Origin: Flectonema sp. DT1601
Taxonomy: Eukaryota
Assembly: GCA_964019425.1 (NCBI GenBank)
Contig: OZ025795.1
Coordinates: forward strand, 310,001-374,000
DNA length: 64,000 bases
Reading direction: 5' to 3'
The notes under the pieces were generated by a model. It was not told the DNA's origin, searched no databases, and saw only the letters and a list, made by a program, of their open reading frames with translations. The stretch's first letter is position 1. Every line of letters begins with the position of its first letter. Shown one piece after another: positions 31,338-44,132 of this stretch. A program made the position numbers and the translations under genes.

Positions 31338-34300
31338 TTAGGCTTCCTTCCAAGGTTCAATTTCAAGTACGAGATCACCTCCCTGAATCTGTTTTTTTTA
31401 TATTGAACAAGGTGATTGTATTTGAAAAGGTAATTACAACAAAATAAATAATAACATACCTGCTCACCCTTCTCAACAGCAATACGTTTAATGGTACCAG
31501 AGATTGGAGCTCCAACAACAGTTTCCATCTTCATAGCGGACATGACTACTAGAGGGTCACCCTTTACAACTTGTTGGTTCTTTTCAACCTTAACGTCAAC
31601 AACTTCACCAGGCATCGGTGCACCAATACTGGCATCGTTGGTCTTGTCTGCCTTCTCTCTGGCAGCACCACTCTCAAGAGCTTCCTTGCATAGAATGTAA
31701 ACAGATCTTGGCTGACCGTTCATCTCAAAGAATACCTCACGATGACCAGTAGAATCAATATGACCAATAGTCTTTAATTTAATGTGAACAGTCTTTCCCT
31801 TTTGGATATCAACTGTTACTTCTTGACCATCCTTAAGACCACAGAAGTAAACTGGTGTTGGAAGTTCTGTAACATTTCCATAGTCCTGCTTAAAGGCTTT
31901 GTACTCAGCGAATACCTTTGGGTACATAACGTGAGACTGAATGTCATCATCAGAGACGTTTCCAAACTTCGCTTCCAATTCCTTGCGAACTGCTGCGAAG
32001 TCGACTGGATCCAAATCAGCACCTGGACGAGCATCGTAGGTCTTTGCTCCCTTCAAGACCTTTGTACGAAGAGGTTCTGGGAAGCCACCTGGTGGGTGAC
32101 CAATTAACCCCTGGAAGTATTCAATTACACTTGTTGGGAATGACAAGTTGTCAGCTTTCTCAGTTAACATGTCTGAGCTGGTGATTTCATTTGAAACCAT
32201 AAACTGTGCGAGATCACCAACAACCTTTGATGAAGGAGTTACCTTTACGATATCACCCAAGGCCTTGTTAGCTTCTGCGTACATCTTTTTAATATCACCC
32301 CACTTGTCAGATAGTCCTAAGCTGAATGCCTGGAAGTGCATGTTAGTGTACTGACCTCCCGGAATCTCGTGGTTGTAAACATCAGAAGATCCACTCTTCA
32401 TTGTGGCGGTACACTCGAATGGTCCGTAGAGACCACGAGCTGCCTCCCAGTAATCATTCAGCTTTCCAACTTCCTCCATGTCAAGACCGGTGTCAAGTTC
32501 AGTTCCCTTGACGGAAGCTGCGAGGGCTCCAAGTGACGGCTGTGATGTCATTCCACTCATCGAGTCCAGTGCGACGTCAACAACATCTGCACCAGCCTTC
32601 GCTGCAAAATACATCGCAGCAACACCTGCACCACTCGTATCGTGAGTGTGAACGTGAATTACGGTGTCAGGGAATTTATTTCTCAACTCCGACACCAACA
32701 ACTCTGCTGAGTTTGGTTTCAACAGTCCAGCCATGTCCTTAATTGCGAGACAATGAGCACCTGCGTCCATTAACTCTTCAGCGAACTTCAAATAATAATC
32801 AAGAGTGTACTTAGTACGGGAAGGATCACAAATGTCACCAGTGTAGCAGATGGAAGCTTCGGCAACACCACCAGACTTTCTGGCAGCATCGATTCCGAGA
32901 ACCATGTTAGGGGTGTAGTTGAGAGAATCAAACACACGAAAGACGTCGACACCTGCCTCGTTAGCGTGTTTGCAGAATTCGTAGATGGCGTTATCTGGGT
33001 AAGAAGTGTATCCGACAGCATTCGCTCCACGCAACAACATTTGAAATGGAATGTTTGGAATCTTCTCACGTAGGATACGTAATCTGTCCCACGGACATTC
33101 TCTCAAGAATCTCAAAGCCACATCGAATGTAGCACCTCCCCAACACTCTAAAGAGTAAGAAGAGTTAGCCATCGCCTTAGCAGTGTATGGAGCAATAGCT
33201 TCTAAATCACGTGTTCTTACTCTAGTTGCGAGAAGTGACTGATGAGCATCTCTCATAGTAGTGTCCATAAACAACAATCCCTTGTGATCACGAACTCTCT
33301 TCAAATAGGCATCAACACCCTCATTTATAAGAGTGTGTCTAAATCCGTTCTCTTCAACGAACTTTTCACCTTCAGCGTCAAGCTGTGGTGCATTTGGCTC
33401 CACAGTAATTGGTTCGATAGGTGTAGCGAGAGGAGTCTTTGGTCCGTTAACTCTGATATCAGCGAGGTAATAAAGAAGTTTCTGAGCTCTGTTTAATGAT
33501 GTTGAAGGAACTAATAATTCCGGGTGACTATCAATAAAACTTGTATCAGTCAATCCTTGTCTAAACACTGGATGACCCAAAGTTGATGTAATGAATGGGA
33601 TGTTAGTAGAAACACCACGGACACGGAACTCTTCAAGAGCACGGGACAATTTACGTGCGGCTTGTCCGTGATTTTGAGCCTTAGCAGTAACCTTGACAAG
33701 GAGAGAGTCGTAGTGAGGAGAGATGATACCACCTGAGTAAGCTTGACCATCCAGTCTAATTCCCATTCCTTCACCAGTACGGAATACTTCAAGTCTTCCA
33801 GTATCTGGTTGGAATCCATTTGAAGGATCTTCAGTTGTTACACGAGCTTGGATGGCAGCTCCCTTGAAAGTAATCTCATCTTGAGTGAGTCCCAATTCTG
33901 GAAGTGATTCAGCAGCTGCGATTCTAATCTGAGACTGAACGATATCAATTCCTGTGATCTCTTCAGTCACAGTGTGCTCAACTTGAAGACGTGGGTTTAC
34001 TTCAATAAAATAAAACTGATTGTCTTGATCAAGAAGGAACTCTACTGTTCCAGCATTACGATAACCAACTGACTTACATAAATGGACAGCAGCTGCAGTC
34101 ATGGAGTCACGAACTGAGTCTGGGAGATTTGGAGCAGGTGCGATTTCTACAACTTTCTGATGTCTTCTCTGAACAGAACAGTCACGTTCAAACAAGTGAA
34201 CAACATTACCGTAGTTGTCTGCAAGTACCTGAACTTCAATGTGTCTTGGCTTTACAATAAACTTCTCAATAAAGACAGATCCGTTTCCAAAAGCTGCCAA

Positions 34301-34966
34301 TGCTTCTGAAGTACATCTCGTGAAGTTGTCTTCCAATTCGTCTGCTTTGTGAACAACACGCATTCCTCTACCACCTCCTCCGTATGCTGCCTTTAGAATA
34401 ATTGGGTATCCCATCTTCTCACAGACTGATTTTGCCTGTTCGATGTCGTCAATGGCACCTTCAGCACCACCAGCAACAGGAATACCACATTGGATTGCAG
34501 CTTGTTTTGCTTCAAGTTTATCACCCATAGTGTGAACAATTGAAGGAGTGGGTCCGATAAAGGTCATGCCTGCGTCTTCTACGGCTTGTGCAAAGTCAGC
34601 ACGTTCACTCAAAAAACCATAACCAGGATGAATAGCATCGACTTCGTTTTCCTTGGCAACCTTAACAATCTCTTCAATGTTTAGGTAAGCTTCAACAGGT
34701 GCGAGATTCTTACCAATTTGGAATGCCTGATCAGCCTTGAGTCTGTGAGTATTCGTAGCGTCTTCCTTTGAGTAGATTGCAACAGTTTTTAATCCCATTT
34801 CTGCTGCGGCTCTGAAAACTCTCAGAGCAATCTCACCTCTGTTTGCAGCCATAACTTTTTTAATTGGATTTGGTGTGTCGAACGTCAAAGGTGTTAACGA
34901 ACTCAACGATGAGATCCCGCGGCCATGGCGAGAGGCGGTGAACCGCCCTGGCACTACCCGATACAT
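31338..34966 (-). CDS. PC: Pyruvate carboxylase (1185 aa); exons 34966-31460 and 31388-31338
   Basis: [52 protein letters not shown] and biotin motif AMKM. Intron 31389-31459 gives the C-terminus [18 protein letters not shown]-rich presequence. Confidence 0.97.
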
Positions 34967-35355
34967 TGTTATGCGTAGCAGTTGTCTGGTGTGGAAAACA
35001 AAATTAAAAAAGAAACATTGAAAGCAATCTAACTACACAACATCTTCCGGCCTTCAACATACGGTTTTTCCTGAAATGCGAATTGTGAGTAAAAAAAAAA
35101 ATTAAAGAATCAAAATATATATTCTAATGTTAAATAACGAAAGATTGTCTCAAGAACGTAACAAACAAAAACAAAAAAATAGAAATCGAATGGACGATCA
35201 GTAAGAACGGTTCGTCCCTTACATTTTCTGAGATACTTTCGTCAACTTAAGCAAGACTGAAGCTGAACAAAATAGACTACGTAATATAACAAAGTAAAAT
35301 ACTTTACATTTTTGACATTCTGTGGAGTAATTAATAGATAGGTACCTTCTCTCTC

Positions 35356-37569
35356 CTACGTACACTTACAGCTAGCCAATGCTCTATCCTTCACAGTTAT
35401 AATAGTACGAAGTTGATTGATCGTGTCTTGAAGGTCTGCCTGGTCAGTTGATTTCGCAACCCCTGAAGAAAACCACATCCAAACAACCACTAAGAACACA
35501 CTAAGTGTTATAACAAGCTGTTTTGTAGTCGGCTTGAACACTGGACGAGATACAGGCTTTCTCAAAGCAGAGGGATGAGAATCTGAAGCAGCAGATTTCA
35601 CTATGTCGATGACACTGGGTGAACCAGGTCTTGCTATGCTGACACTCCTTCTTGATGAAGGTCTTTCTTCACTGTTTCGTTGTTTAGCTAACTGCTCATC
35701 TTTTATTCTTATGATCTCTCCTACTTTACGATCAGATTCAAGAACTCGTTGTCTAAGTTGTTGAATTTCTAAATCTTTTGATTCGACGAGTTGCTGGGTG
35801 TCACGTTCACCACCCTCTCTGTGCATCAGATCACTTTTTGCTCTTTCAAATTCAAATTCAATATTGTTGATGTGAGTGTCTTTTTTTTTATTTTCTCGAA
35901 CGCATTCCGCCAGTTCAGATTTCAAGTTTTGATGAGATTGTTGTTCATCACTAAGTAGAGTTGATAATGAAGTAATTCGATCAGCTAAGTTAGTAATATC
36001 GACATCACGTTGGTTAATTAATTCTTCTTTAGACTCTAAGTTCTCAATGTACGTAGCAGACTGAGATTCCAATCCTTGTAAACGAGCGCGTACATCTTCG
36101 GTATCGTGGTACATGTCGGTAATGGTATCGTCTTTACGTCTGACATCACCTCTCTGTTCCTCAATATGCTGAAGCAGTTGTTGTACTGTTTCTTTTTCAT
36201 CTTCCAATCGCTGTGAGAGGTGATTATTTTGTTGTTGTAGTTCTGGAATCTTTGATTGCAACTCAAATATCTCACGTTGTTTGTGTTGCTGTTCCTGTCC
36301 AATCGCCTCCACGCGAACATTCTGTTGAGTCTTTGCCCGTTCGATTTCCTCCGCTGCGGCAGATAATTTTTCCTCAAAAAAACTGATTTTATTTTCTAAT
36401 AAAACCGTTGCTTCTTTATGTTCTTGAACGCTGTGGTCAAGTTTTGATGTTTCGCTTTCGACTTCTTCTTCCAATTGCCGGATGCGAGCAGATTTTTCTT
36501 CTACAGATTGCCTGGTCTGATTAAGTTTTTTTTCAATGTTTAGTGAGGCCCAGTGAGCGTCTTCCAGTTCTTTGTTAACTTTTTGAACTTCCGACTCTAA
36601 CTCTGAAATTCTATTCGAAGTGTCTTCCTCATCAGAGGGTTGCGCTTCAAGTTGTTCATCAACACCTCCCGTTGGAGATACTGCTCTTCTTGTTGCTAAT
36701 CTTTCTCTGAGATCTTCAATCTCTTTAACGTATTTCTTCTGGTTGCTCTGTTGTTGTTGTTGTTGTTGTTAGTGTTCGTTAGCAGTGTTTAGTAATGGTT
36801 TTTTTTTGATAAACAAAAAATAAATATATAAAAAAAGGAATACCTCAGTACGTTCCTTCCATGTTTCCATTCGGGTATGCATCATATCCAAATCAGCTTT
36901 CTTTTCTGATTCCAGCTGGTCTCTCGCACTCTCTGCTAAAGCTGCTTTCTTCTCCAATCGGATCATGTCATTCTGAACTTGTTTATCTCGTTCTTTAAAG
37001 GATTCAATTTGTCGAGTTAGACCTGTTGAATATTTAAGTTGTTTGTTATCCAAACACTTAAAAGTAACACAATAAGAGAATTGTGATGATAATGAGACAT
37101 TACAAACCTTGAATATAAATTTCATCGACGTTTTTACCAGCTTTTTCAGAAGCCTCTGTCAGTTCCTGTTTTTTTTTTTTTTTTTATTAATGGAATTTAA
37201 AACATAATGCATACGGAAGTTATAATAATAATAATAAATCATTAATTTATATACCTTTATTGCGTGTTGCTCTTGAGTCAACGATCTTCGAAGTGTTTTT
37301 AATTCTTGATCGCTCTTTCTTTTATAGTCGTCGTACTCTATACGAAGGGTGTGTGTTTCAGCTAACAGACGCTGGTAGTCTTCATCTTTCTTTTGAAGTT
37401 TTTGTTCAGCGCGTTTAAGCATTACCTCAAACAATTCGGAACTGTCGCCAACAACATCACCGTCACCACCACCTTCAGTACATTTCAGTTCATCGACTTC
37501 CTTCTGAAGTAGTTCACCCTCTTCGGAAATGTCAACCATCTTTTTAAATTCATTGATAAACGAGGACAT
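35356..37569 (-). CDS. Coiled-coil protein with near-C-terminal transmembrane helix (golgin/tether-like, 647 aa); exons 37569-37255, 37165-37108, 37022-36844, 36747-35356
   Basis: Three GT-AG introns join three predicted ORFs in frame. TM segment LVITLSVFLVVVWMWFSS. The 5' end may be incomplete. Confidence 0.75.
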
Positions 37570-37843
37570 AATGTCCTTATATTCACCTGTTTAAGTTTTT
37601 TAGGAAATTTATTCGTGTTTATCTCAGATTCGTTAGTCAGCAATCGGCATTTTTAAGTTAATTAATTTTTTTTTTAATAAAAAGATAATAATAATTTTTT
37701 GAATTAATTTAATCAGGTCATTTAATAAAAATAGTTTGTATTTCTTGATATTTATGCAAATTTTTTTTTTTTAAAAAAAAAAATAATAATAATGAAAAGA
37801 ATAATATGGAAATAAATCGCAGCAGCGAAAAATCACTTTTTTT

Positions 37844-40800
37844 TTAAACCAGAGAGGGTTTCTTGGCGAATTTTAATCCACGCTTTGATAGTGGAATTCT
37901 CTGTTTAGTAGTGAGTTTTTTGATATTTTTATCAGACAGTTGGGGATCTTCACCACAGAGTTTGCGAACAGACTTATAAATGTTAATTATACCAGGTGAT
38001 GCTTCGGTACCTAGCTCCTTAAGAGCAATATTAGAAACACGAAGACACGTTGAGATTAGATTTTCTGCTGGGGCGGTCAATCTACTCAGTGTAGTATAAC
38101 AAGTTGAAATGGCGATGTTAAAAACAACGTGAAGGTCTGGTTGATCTGAAGTACTGGTAGTGAAATATTCAGACATTTGTTGTCGATATTTCTCAAAATT
38201 AATAATGTCTCCGCATTCTTTGCAAACGTTTAAAAGTTCAATCCAATCTCTGTTTCGAGGAGCTGGGATCATCTTGAAAACGATCTCAGCTGATTTTAAA
38301 TCCCTATCAACAGCACAAGGTTTTAACATAGATCCTAACAGAGCTGGATGCTCTCCAAGGATTGGAGAGAATCCAGAAAATTTTTTCAAAATATCAGTAG
38401 CGTCAGAATACGTAACACATGATGAAATCAATGCGACTATAGATGAAATGTCGAGTGGAATGTCAATTGAAAGCATGTGTTGTACCAACGCAAGCTGTTT
38501 ATCAACAGCGACGCCTCCCTTAGCCATTCCCCAAACCAACTGAGTACACATATAGTTGTCAGGTAGGACTCCTAGCTTTGATGATTCGACCCATATTTTT
38601 ATAACATCTATTGCTGAGTCTGCAGTTGTGTAGGTACTCATCATGGCAGTTGCCGCAGATCTGTATTCAGTTTTTAAAATTTCTGATGTTTGCAACAATG
38701 ATTTTACCTTATTGTAATAATAGATAGCCTTATCAACGAGACCTACATTTCCGTATAAACTTATTAAAGTTGTGAATGTCGCTGCCCCTTGTAAGTGTTC
38801 TTCGTGTTCTTGCAAAGAATTTTCAATTATCGCAACGTATTGTGATAGGATTTTGTTATTTCCTTTTCTTCTAACGGTTCGCTGATCAACTCTGTTCGGA
38901 AGCCGGCATCTAATTCGTAAATATTTCGCAAGAGTTTTATCATCTGAAACATCACCAAGAGCATCTAGACTGGTCATAGATAACCCCGTTAGTCTTTTAT
39001 ACAAAGCTTTGGTTCTATCATTTGCTGATAGGCCCTGATCCTTCATTTTTGCTAGATGACAAAGACCTAATTCTTGATTTTCAACAGTCTCATTAGAACA
39101 GTATAGATCACAATAAATCTGACACATGCTGTTCCATATCAACATGTTGTGTTGATATCCGTGAGTGGTAATCGCTTTTAAAAAGTGTTGTTCTGCTTTG
39201 TGTAAGGCAGAAGTAACATCTGTTGTAACCTGACTAGTCACACGACGTTGATAAACACCTAGTAAGATAGAATAAGCTTGAGGTGTCGGTACTATGTCAT
39301 CTGAGATCATGTCGTCCCATCTTTTTACGATGGCGATGTCATTCCCGGATGATTCATAGCATCTTAACAATGCTCTCCATTGAGGTGCTTTAGGAGTAAA
39401 TCCAAAGTGAGTCATAGTTAAGAAAAACTCTTCAGCTTTATCTGGTTCTCCGAGATTGATGCAAAGCTGTAACACAGCTTGGATACTTTTGTGTGTTACA
39501 GAACAATTTTTTTGAATGGATTTAAATATAGAAAGACCTTCCTCAAAGGAATTAACAAATTTTAACAACGGCAATACTGTTTCTTCTGAAGTATGACCCA
39601 AATCATGACTAAGTGAGACGAGTTTATGAATTATGCTCAGTTGTGTTCTTCCATTGCTAAACTCTTCAGGGATGTCTGAAGCCCAAGTCGCTGCGTGAAT
39701 TACGTAGTTTAAGTTCTTATAGTCAACATTCACATTGTGTATTAACATCTCGTTGATATAATAAATAGTTTTACGAAGTGACCTCCGACACCAAACAGAG
39801 AGTATGAGTGAATACATTCGAGTGTCTGGTTTTATGTTCTCCATCAACATTGTTTCATAAAGAGTGTCAATGGTCGAGGCTCTTGAGATGTTTGCCAACA
39901 CGAGAAGGGCTGCTCTGTATGTTTGGAATCCAGCATAGCTACTCAACTTCAGGTTGTTTAACATTTGAAGTAATTCTTTTGCTATTTCTAATGTGTTTGA
40001 AACAGTTCTCACTCCTTGAAATGAGCGGCGGATTTCTGTTGAGTTCGCTCTGTCTTCATCTTCTTCTTGAAGAGTTGTCGAAACTTTTTCATTCTTTCGA
40101 ATTGTTTTTGTTGTTTTTAGAAGGACCTCTTGAGTTATTAAATTCCGCTCAATCTCCGCTTGTGTCGCACGAGTCTCATTAGCAGGTGGAATATCCTCTT
40201 CTTCTAACATTCCTATCGTAGCTTCGTATTCACTCGGAATATGTTGTGGCAGAGTTTCAGGTTCAGTTAGCTGTACCTTTGACTCAACGTTATCAGACTT
40301 AGCTGCAGCTATTGCTAAGTTCACCTTTGAGTTACCTCCCATTTTCTTTATATCTTCATCATTGTACAGAGGTGACAGAATGTCTAATACGCCTTGAAGA
40401 CATTGTCTGCTCTTTTGATCTTTTTTAATCATAACGTCTCTAACATGTGCCATTCTAAGTCCTATTTTACTAGTTTCCATCTCTGTTTCTGGTATGAACC
40501 AGTCCTCTACGGATCCAAATACGAAGTTACGATTTAATTTTAATTTCTTTTTCTTCGGTTTCCAAACCAACATCCGAGAGCTCGTTGACGATACACTCGA
40601 CAACACTTCATGAGACACAGGTAATTGTTTAACCTCATCCCAAGTTAAAACTGAATCAGGATTCTGTGGAGGAATACTGACGAAATCAATATTCGTCTCA
40701 CGGCTGTCATGATATGCAGCAGCAGCCCACTCGAGGGATGATCCTTTAGAAGTAACATCATCAGCATCCCATGTTGGTAAGTCTGAAAAATCATTATTCT

Positions 40801-42286
40801 TCGTACTAATTACAACATCACCCGATGAGCTAGTTTTAGGTTTAATCGCTATCGTTGGTTGTGATGTCATTCCTTTTGGTGATTCAGCAGTGAAGTTATT
40901 TTTCGTCTCTTGGTCAATTTGAGAATCGTATTTTTCATCAAACAGTGGTATCGGATCTGTTTTTGTATTAGACACAGTCTTCTGATTGTCGTCGTCTGAC
41001 ATCTGTTTTGGTGTTGGAGAATCGAATTCATTTTCTGTGACTTCCGTTTGGAGTACTTTTGTAAATCCCATTTCCTCATCGAAGTCATCATTTTCATAAT
41101 CAGAAGCAACCCATCGAAAGTGAGAACTTGAACTCTTTTCACCCGTTTCAATGTGTGATGCTGTTGTGTAATTCTGTCGAAGAATATTTAGTGTTTGCTG
41201 GCTGTCAGTGATCGTATTTTGATCACTTTTTATAGGTTTACTGATTTCTTTTATACTTTTGACGGTTTTCTTAGGCTTTTCTGATGGTATTTTTGTAACT
41301 TCCCACGTGGGGAGTGTTTTGCTTTCGTCTGGTTTTTGTCTCGCAGAATGCGTTTTTTTCTTTTTGACAGCTCCAATGTTATTTAATGATTTCTCGCTCT
41401 CCTTTTTAGAACTTTGTGAGTGTTGTTCCGACTGCTGGTCGATAAGCGTGTCCTTGTCTGGAGTGCTTTGTTTTGATGATGTCAACTGTTCAGAATGACT
41501 TGGTTGACTATGATTTAATGATACCTCGCTCTCCTTTTTAGAACTTTGTGAGTGTTGTTCTGGCTGCTGGTCGATAACCGTTCCCCTGTCTAAAGTGCTT
41601 TGTTTTGATGATGTCAACTGTACAGAATGACTTGGTTGACTATGGTGTGGTTTGCTGATGGTAGTCCTATTGTAGGAGGTGTTGCCTTGATTCTCCTTGG
41701 CCTTAATTGGTTGGGATGCCCCTCCCGTGATATGAATATTCTGAGATGTTTTATCAGATTCTGACCTAGCTCGATGATCAAGAAAGCCTGTTGATAACTT
41801 AACCCATCGTTTAGTAAGATCTGCTGTTGTATTTGGAGCTCCGTTAACAGGCCATGCTCGTAAAGATGCTGCTGTTGCTGCTTTGTAGAATACTGATGGT
41901 TTAACTAGACCTAGTGACTTGTAAGTCGATATGTTGACATTCAAAGGTCTTGTCATCTTGCATGATAAATAATTCTTTAGCAACTGGTTCCATTTGTTTG
42001 TTATTTTTATGTGAGGATCGTATTGCTGTATTGTTCTTAATTCTTGCATTGCTTTCTTATTCTCTTTTCCGATGATTGCAATACCATCCTTAACAGGTGT
42101 CGATAATAATACTTTATTGCCACCTGTTGATGGAATGTATGCTCTGAGTCCTGCTCTGCCAAGCAATGCGATCATCGTTTCAGCATCATCCCCCAAACCT
42201 TCAATAACACAAGCACCTGGAATCCCCCGTCTTCCGTCTCGTATTAATTTCACAGCAGCATTCGCAGCTACACCCCTAATATTCAT
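37844..42286 (-). CDS. Large PPR-containing protein with disordered N-terminal half (1480 aa)
   Basis: PPR-like units such as IKPDTRMYSLILSVW, FTPKAPQWRALLRCY, IVPTPQAYSILLGVY, ATFTTLISLYGNVGLVDKAI and VLPDNYMCTQLVWG. Confidence 0.8.
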   Translation of the reverse strand: MNIRGVAANAAVKLIRDGRRGIPGACVIEGLGDDAETMIALLGRAGLRAYIPSTGGNKVLLSTPVKDGIAIIGKENKKAMQELRTIQQYDPHIKITNKWNQLLKNYLSCKMTRPLNVNISTYKSLGLVKPSVFYKAATAASLRAWPVNGAPNTTADLTKRWVKLSTGFLDHRARSESDKTSQNIHITGGASQPIKAKENQGNTSYNRTTISKPHHSQPSHSVQLTSSKQSTLDRGTVIDQQPEQHSQSSKKESEVSLNHSQPSHSEQLTSSKQSTPDKDTLIDQQSEQHSQSSKKESEKSLNNIGAVKKKKTHSARQKPDESKTLPTWEVTKIPSEKPKKTVKSIKEISKPIKSDQNTITDSQQTLNILRQNYTTASHIETGEKSSSSHFRWVASDYENDDFDEEMGFTKVLQTEVTENEFDSPTPKQMSDDDNQKTVSNTKTDPIPLFDEKYDSQIDQETKNNFTAESPKGMTSQPTIAIKPKTSSSGDVVISTKNNDFSDLPTWDADDVTSKGSSLEWAAAAYHDSRETNIDFVSIPPQNPDSVLTWDEVKQLPVSHEVLSSVSSTSSRMLVWKPKKKKLKLNRNFVFGSVEDWFIPETEMETSKIGLRMAHVRDVMIKKDQKSRQCLQGVLDILSPLYNDEDIKKMGGNSKVNLAIAAAKSDNVESKVQLTEPETLPQHIPSEYEATIGMLEEEDIPPANETRATQAEIERNLITQEVLLKTTKTIRKNEKVSTTLQEEDEDRANSTEIRRSFQGVRTVSNTLEIAKELLQMLNNLKLSSYAGFQTYRAALLVLANISRASTIDTLYETMLMENIKPDTRMYSLILSVWCRRSLRKTIYYINEMLIHNVNVDYKNLNYVIHAATWASDIPEEFSNGRTQLSIIHKLVSLSHDLGHTSEETVLPLLKFVNSFEEGLSIFKSIQKNCSVTHKSIQAVLQLCINLGEPDKAEEFFLTMTHFGFTPKAPQWRALLRCYESSGNDIAIVKRWDDMISDDIVPTPQAYSILLGVYQRRVTSQVTTDVTSALHKAEQHFLKAITTHGYQHNMLIWNSMCQIYCDLYCSNETVENQELGLCHLAKMKDQGLSANDRTKALYKRLTGLSMTSLDALGDVSDDKTLAKYLRIRCRLPNRVDQRTVRRKGNNKILSQYVAIIENSLQEHEEHLQGAATFTTLISLYGNVGLVDKAIYYYNKVKSLLQTSEILKTEYRSAATAMMSTYTTADSAIDVIKIWVESSKLGVLPDNYMCTQLVWGMAKGGVAVDKQLALVQHMLSIDIPLDISSIVALISSCVTYSDATDILKKFSGFSPILGEHPALLGSMLKPCAVDRDLKSAEIVFKMIPAPRNRDWIELLNVCKECGDIINFEKYRQQMSEYFTTSTSDQPDLHVVFNIAISTCYTTLSRLTAPAENLISTCLRVSNIALKELGTEASPGIINIYKSVRKLCGEDPQLSDKNIKKLTTKQRIPLSKRGLKFAKKPSLV
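41381..41644. repeat. Intragenic tandem duplication, 2 x 132 bp (44 aa)
   Basis: HSQPSHS(V/E)QLTSSKQST..D..T.IDQQ.EQHSQSSKKESE.SLN occurs twice in frame. Confidence 0.9.
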
Positions 42287-42500
42287 TTTTTTTTTGGTTA
42301 TAAGTTGTTATTTATGATTTCATTTTATTTTTGAGAATAAAACCAAAAAAAAAAAAAAAAAAATTAGACACTGAAAAAAAAAAAAATGTTAAAAAGAACC
42401 AACAGCGATAACAAGACTCAGATAATTCCTTCACAGGAATCAGTTAAAAAAAAACACAAATTGTTTTTTTTTTTTAGTGTTTCTTTTTTATAAAAATAAA

Positions 42501-42725
42501 TCACATTTTCATACTCGTAAAGTATTGTTTAGTAAATTGCAACGTATCCTCTGGCTGGTGTATTAAGACAGCTTGCATAAAGTCATGCAAATAATTTTGT
42601 AAATCACTATGTTCCTCAAGATACGTTCTATAGGAATTCTCCAACTCTTTCCTTCGGTCATAGAGAGCACAAGATTTATCATATGCGAGGTCAACTACTT
42701 CAGACTGAGGTGTGAAAGACGACAT
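42501..42725 (-). CDS. Small RIIa dimerisation/docking-domain protein (CATIP C-terminus/RIIAD1-like), probably flagellar
   Basis: YLEEHSDLQNYLHDFMQAVLIHQPEDTLQFTKQYF fits the RIIa D/D pattern. A U-rich tract plus TAG lies directly before the ATG. Confidence 0.7.
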   Translation of the reverse strand: MSSFTPQSEVVDLAYDKSCALYDRRKELENSYRTYLEEHSDLQNYLHDFMQAVLIHQPEDTLQFTKQYFTSMKM

Positions 42726-43182
42726 CTATGAAAAAAACCAGTTCTGAAAGTAATAAAATGAGGTTATTCAATTCTCTGGTTGGAATAACAATCTTCTATC
42801 AGACAACTCAAACATAACTCCGTTGAAGAACTGGGGAAAAAAAAGAAATTCATAATCAAACTGCCATACAATAAAACAAGGTAAGCACCACTAATTTGCT
42901 TTTTGCGCGGTTGTAAACCACCCTTCTGATCAAGAACCGGAGGAAATAACAAGAAAGGAAAAAAAGAAAATTGTTTTTTTCCGGTCCAGACCAACCCCCA
43001 GTTATGAAAATAAAAAATAAAAACTGACAAAATAAACAACTCCAGAAAAATCCCCAAAAAAAATAAACACTTATGAAAAATAAGACATCAAGAGATTGAA
43101 ACCGAATATAAAAAAGAAATCACTATATAATCCTATTCACGTTCGCTTAACTAAGGCGACTACCGTGTGCGGAGACGAAAAC

Positions 43183-43781
43183 CTATTCCATGAAGAGACC
43201 AATTTTCTTCTGACGGGCTTCCTCCTCAAACCATACCTGTGATGTTGTTTTTTAGTCCAATTCACTTCCAGGTGTGAAAATCTTAAAGCGCACCCGACAG
43301 ATTTAGTATTTCTCCACAATGATAAAACAATACATACCGGTCCTGGGCCACCCCACTTAGTACCCAAAGAAAAGATAAGCTGATAAAGAGCTCTCTGTGT
43401 TGTGTTTAATATTTGTTATTGCTGTAGTCATTCTTCGTCTATTATTATTATTTCTTTTTAAAATAATTAACATACCTGAGTGTCACTCTCAAAGTGAAGA
43501 CCGTATACCCAGGCAAACCCTCCAGAGAATAGTCCGAGAAGGCCACCGCAGACCCAAATAGTCGTCGCAAAAATTACATCAAAGTGAGATTGAATAAAAG
43601 GTACAAATGATCCGTATGAAAAATTTCTCTTAGTGTACTCAGTCTGCTCTCTGTGTGAAAGCATTAAATATTTACCTGCGAATCTCCAGTTCTCTCTCAT
43701 CACAGTTCTAGTAGTGTTTCTTGGAAGTGAAAAGTATGGGTTTGGTGTCCCCAAAGCGATTCTTGATGCACGGAGTGCCAT
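43183..43781 (-). CDS. Small putative mitochondrial membrane protein (138 aa); exons 43781-43476, 43394-43338, 43236-43183
   Basis: Presequence-like MALRASRIAL and a hydrophobic segment VIFATTIWVCGGLLGLFSGGFAWVYGL. Two GTATGT..CACAG introns keep frame. Confidence 0.65.
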
Positions 43782-44132
43782 GTTACCAATTATCTGAAAG
43801 TAGTAATGAATAAAGTTATGATGATTGAGACTTATTAGAAAACAAGAATTTTTTTTTTTTTTTCTTTTTTAAAATATGATCTAGAAATAGGAAGTGGAAG
43901 CGCAACAAAGCACCTCTAGAGGGTTGCAATCTTTTTGAGACAACAACATTTAATAAAAAAAGGGGAAAAAAAAAATGAAATAAGAATTTCTTTTATATGA
44001 AAAAAAAGATAACAATCTAAGGATTCTACTTCCAAGTCGGTACTGCTTGACTCACTGACACAAAACTCACTGAACAACTAATTCTATAGAACGGAAGATA
44101 CAAAAAAAATTATATATGGCAAAAAAAATAGA

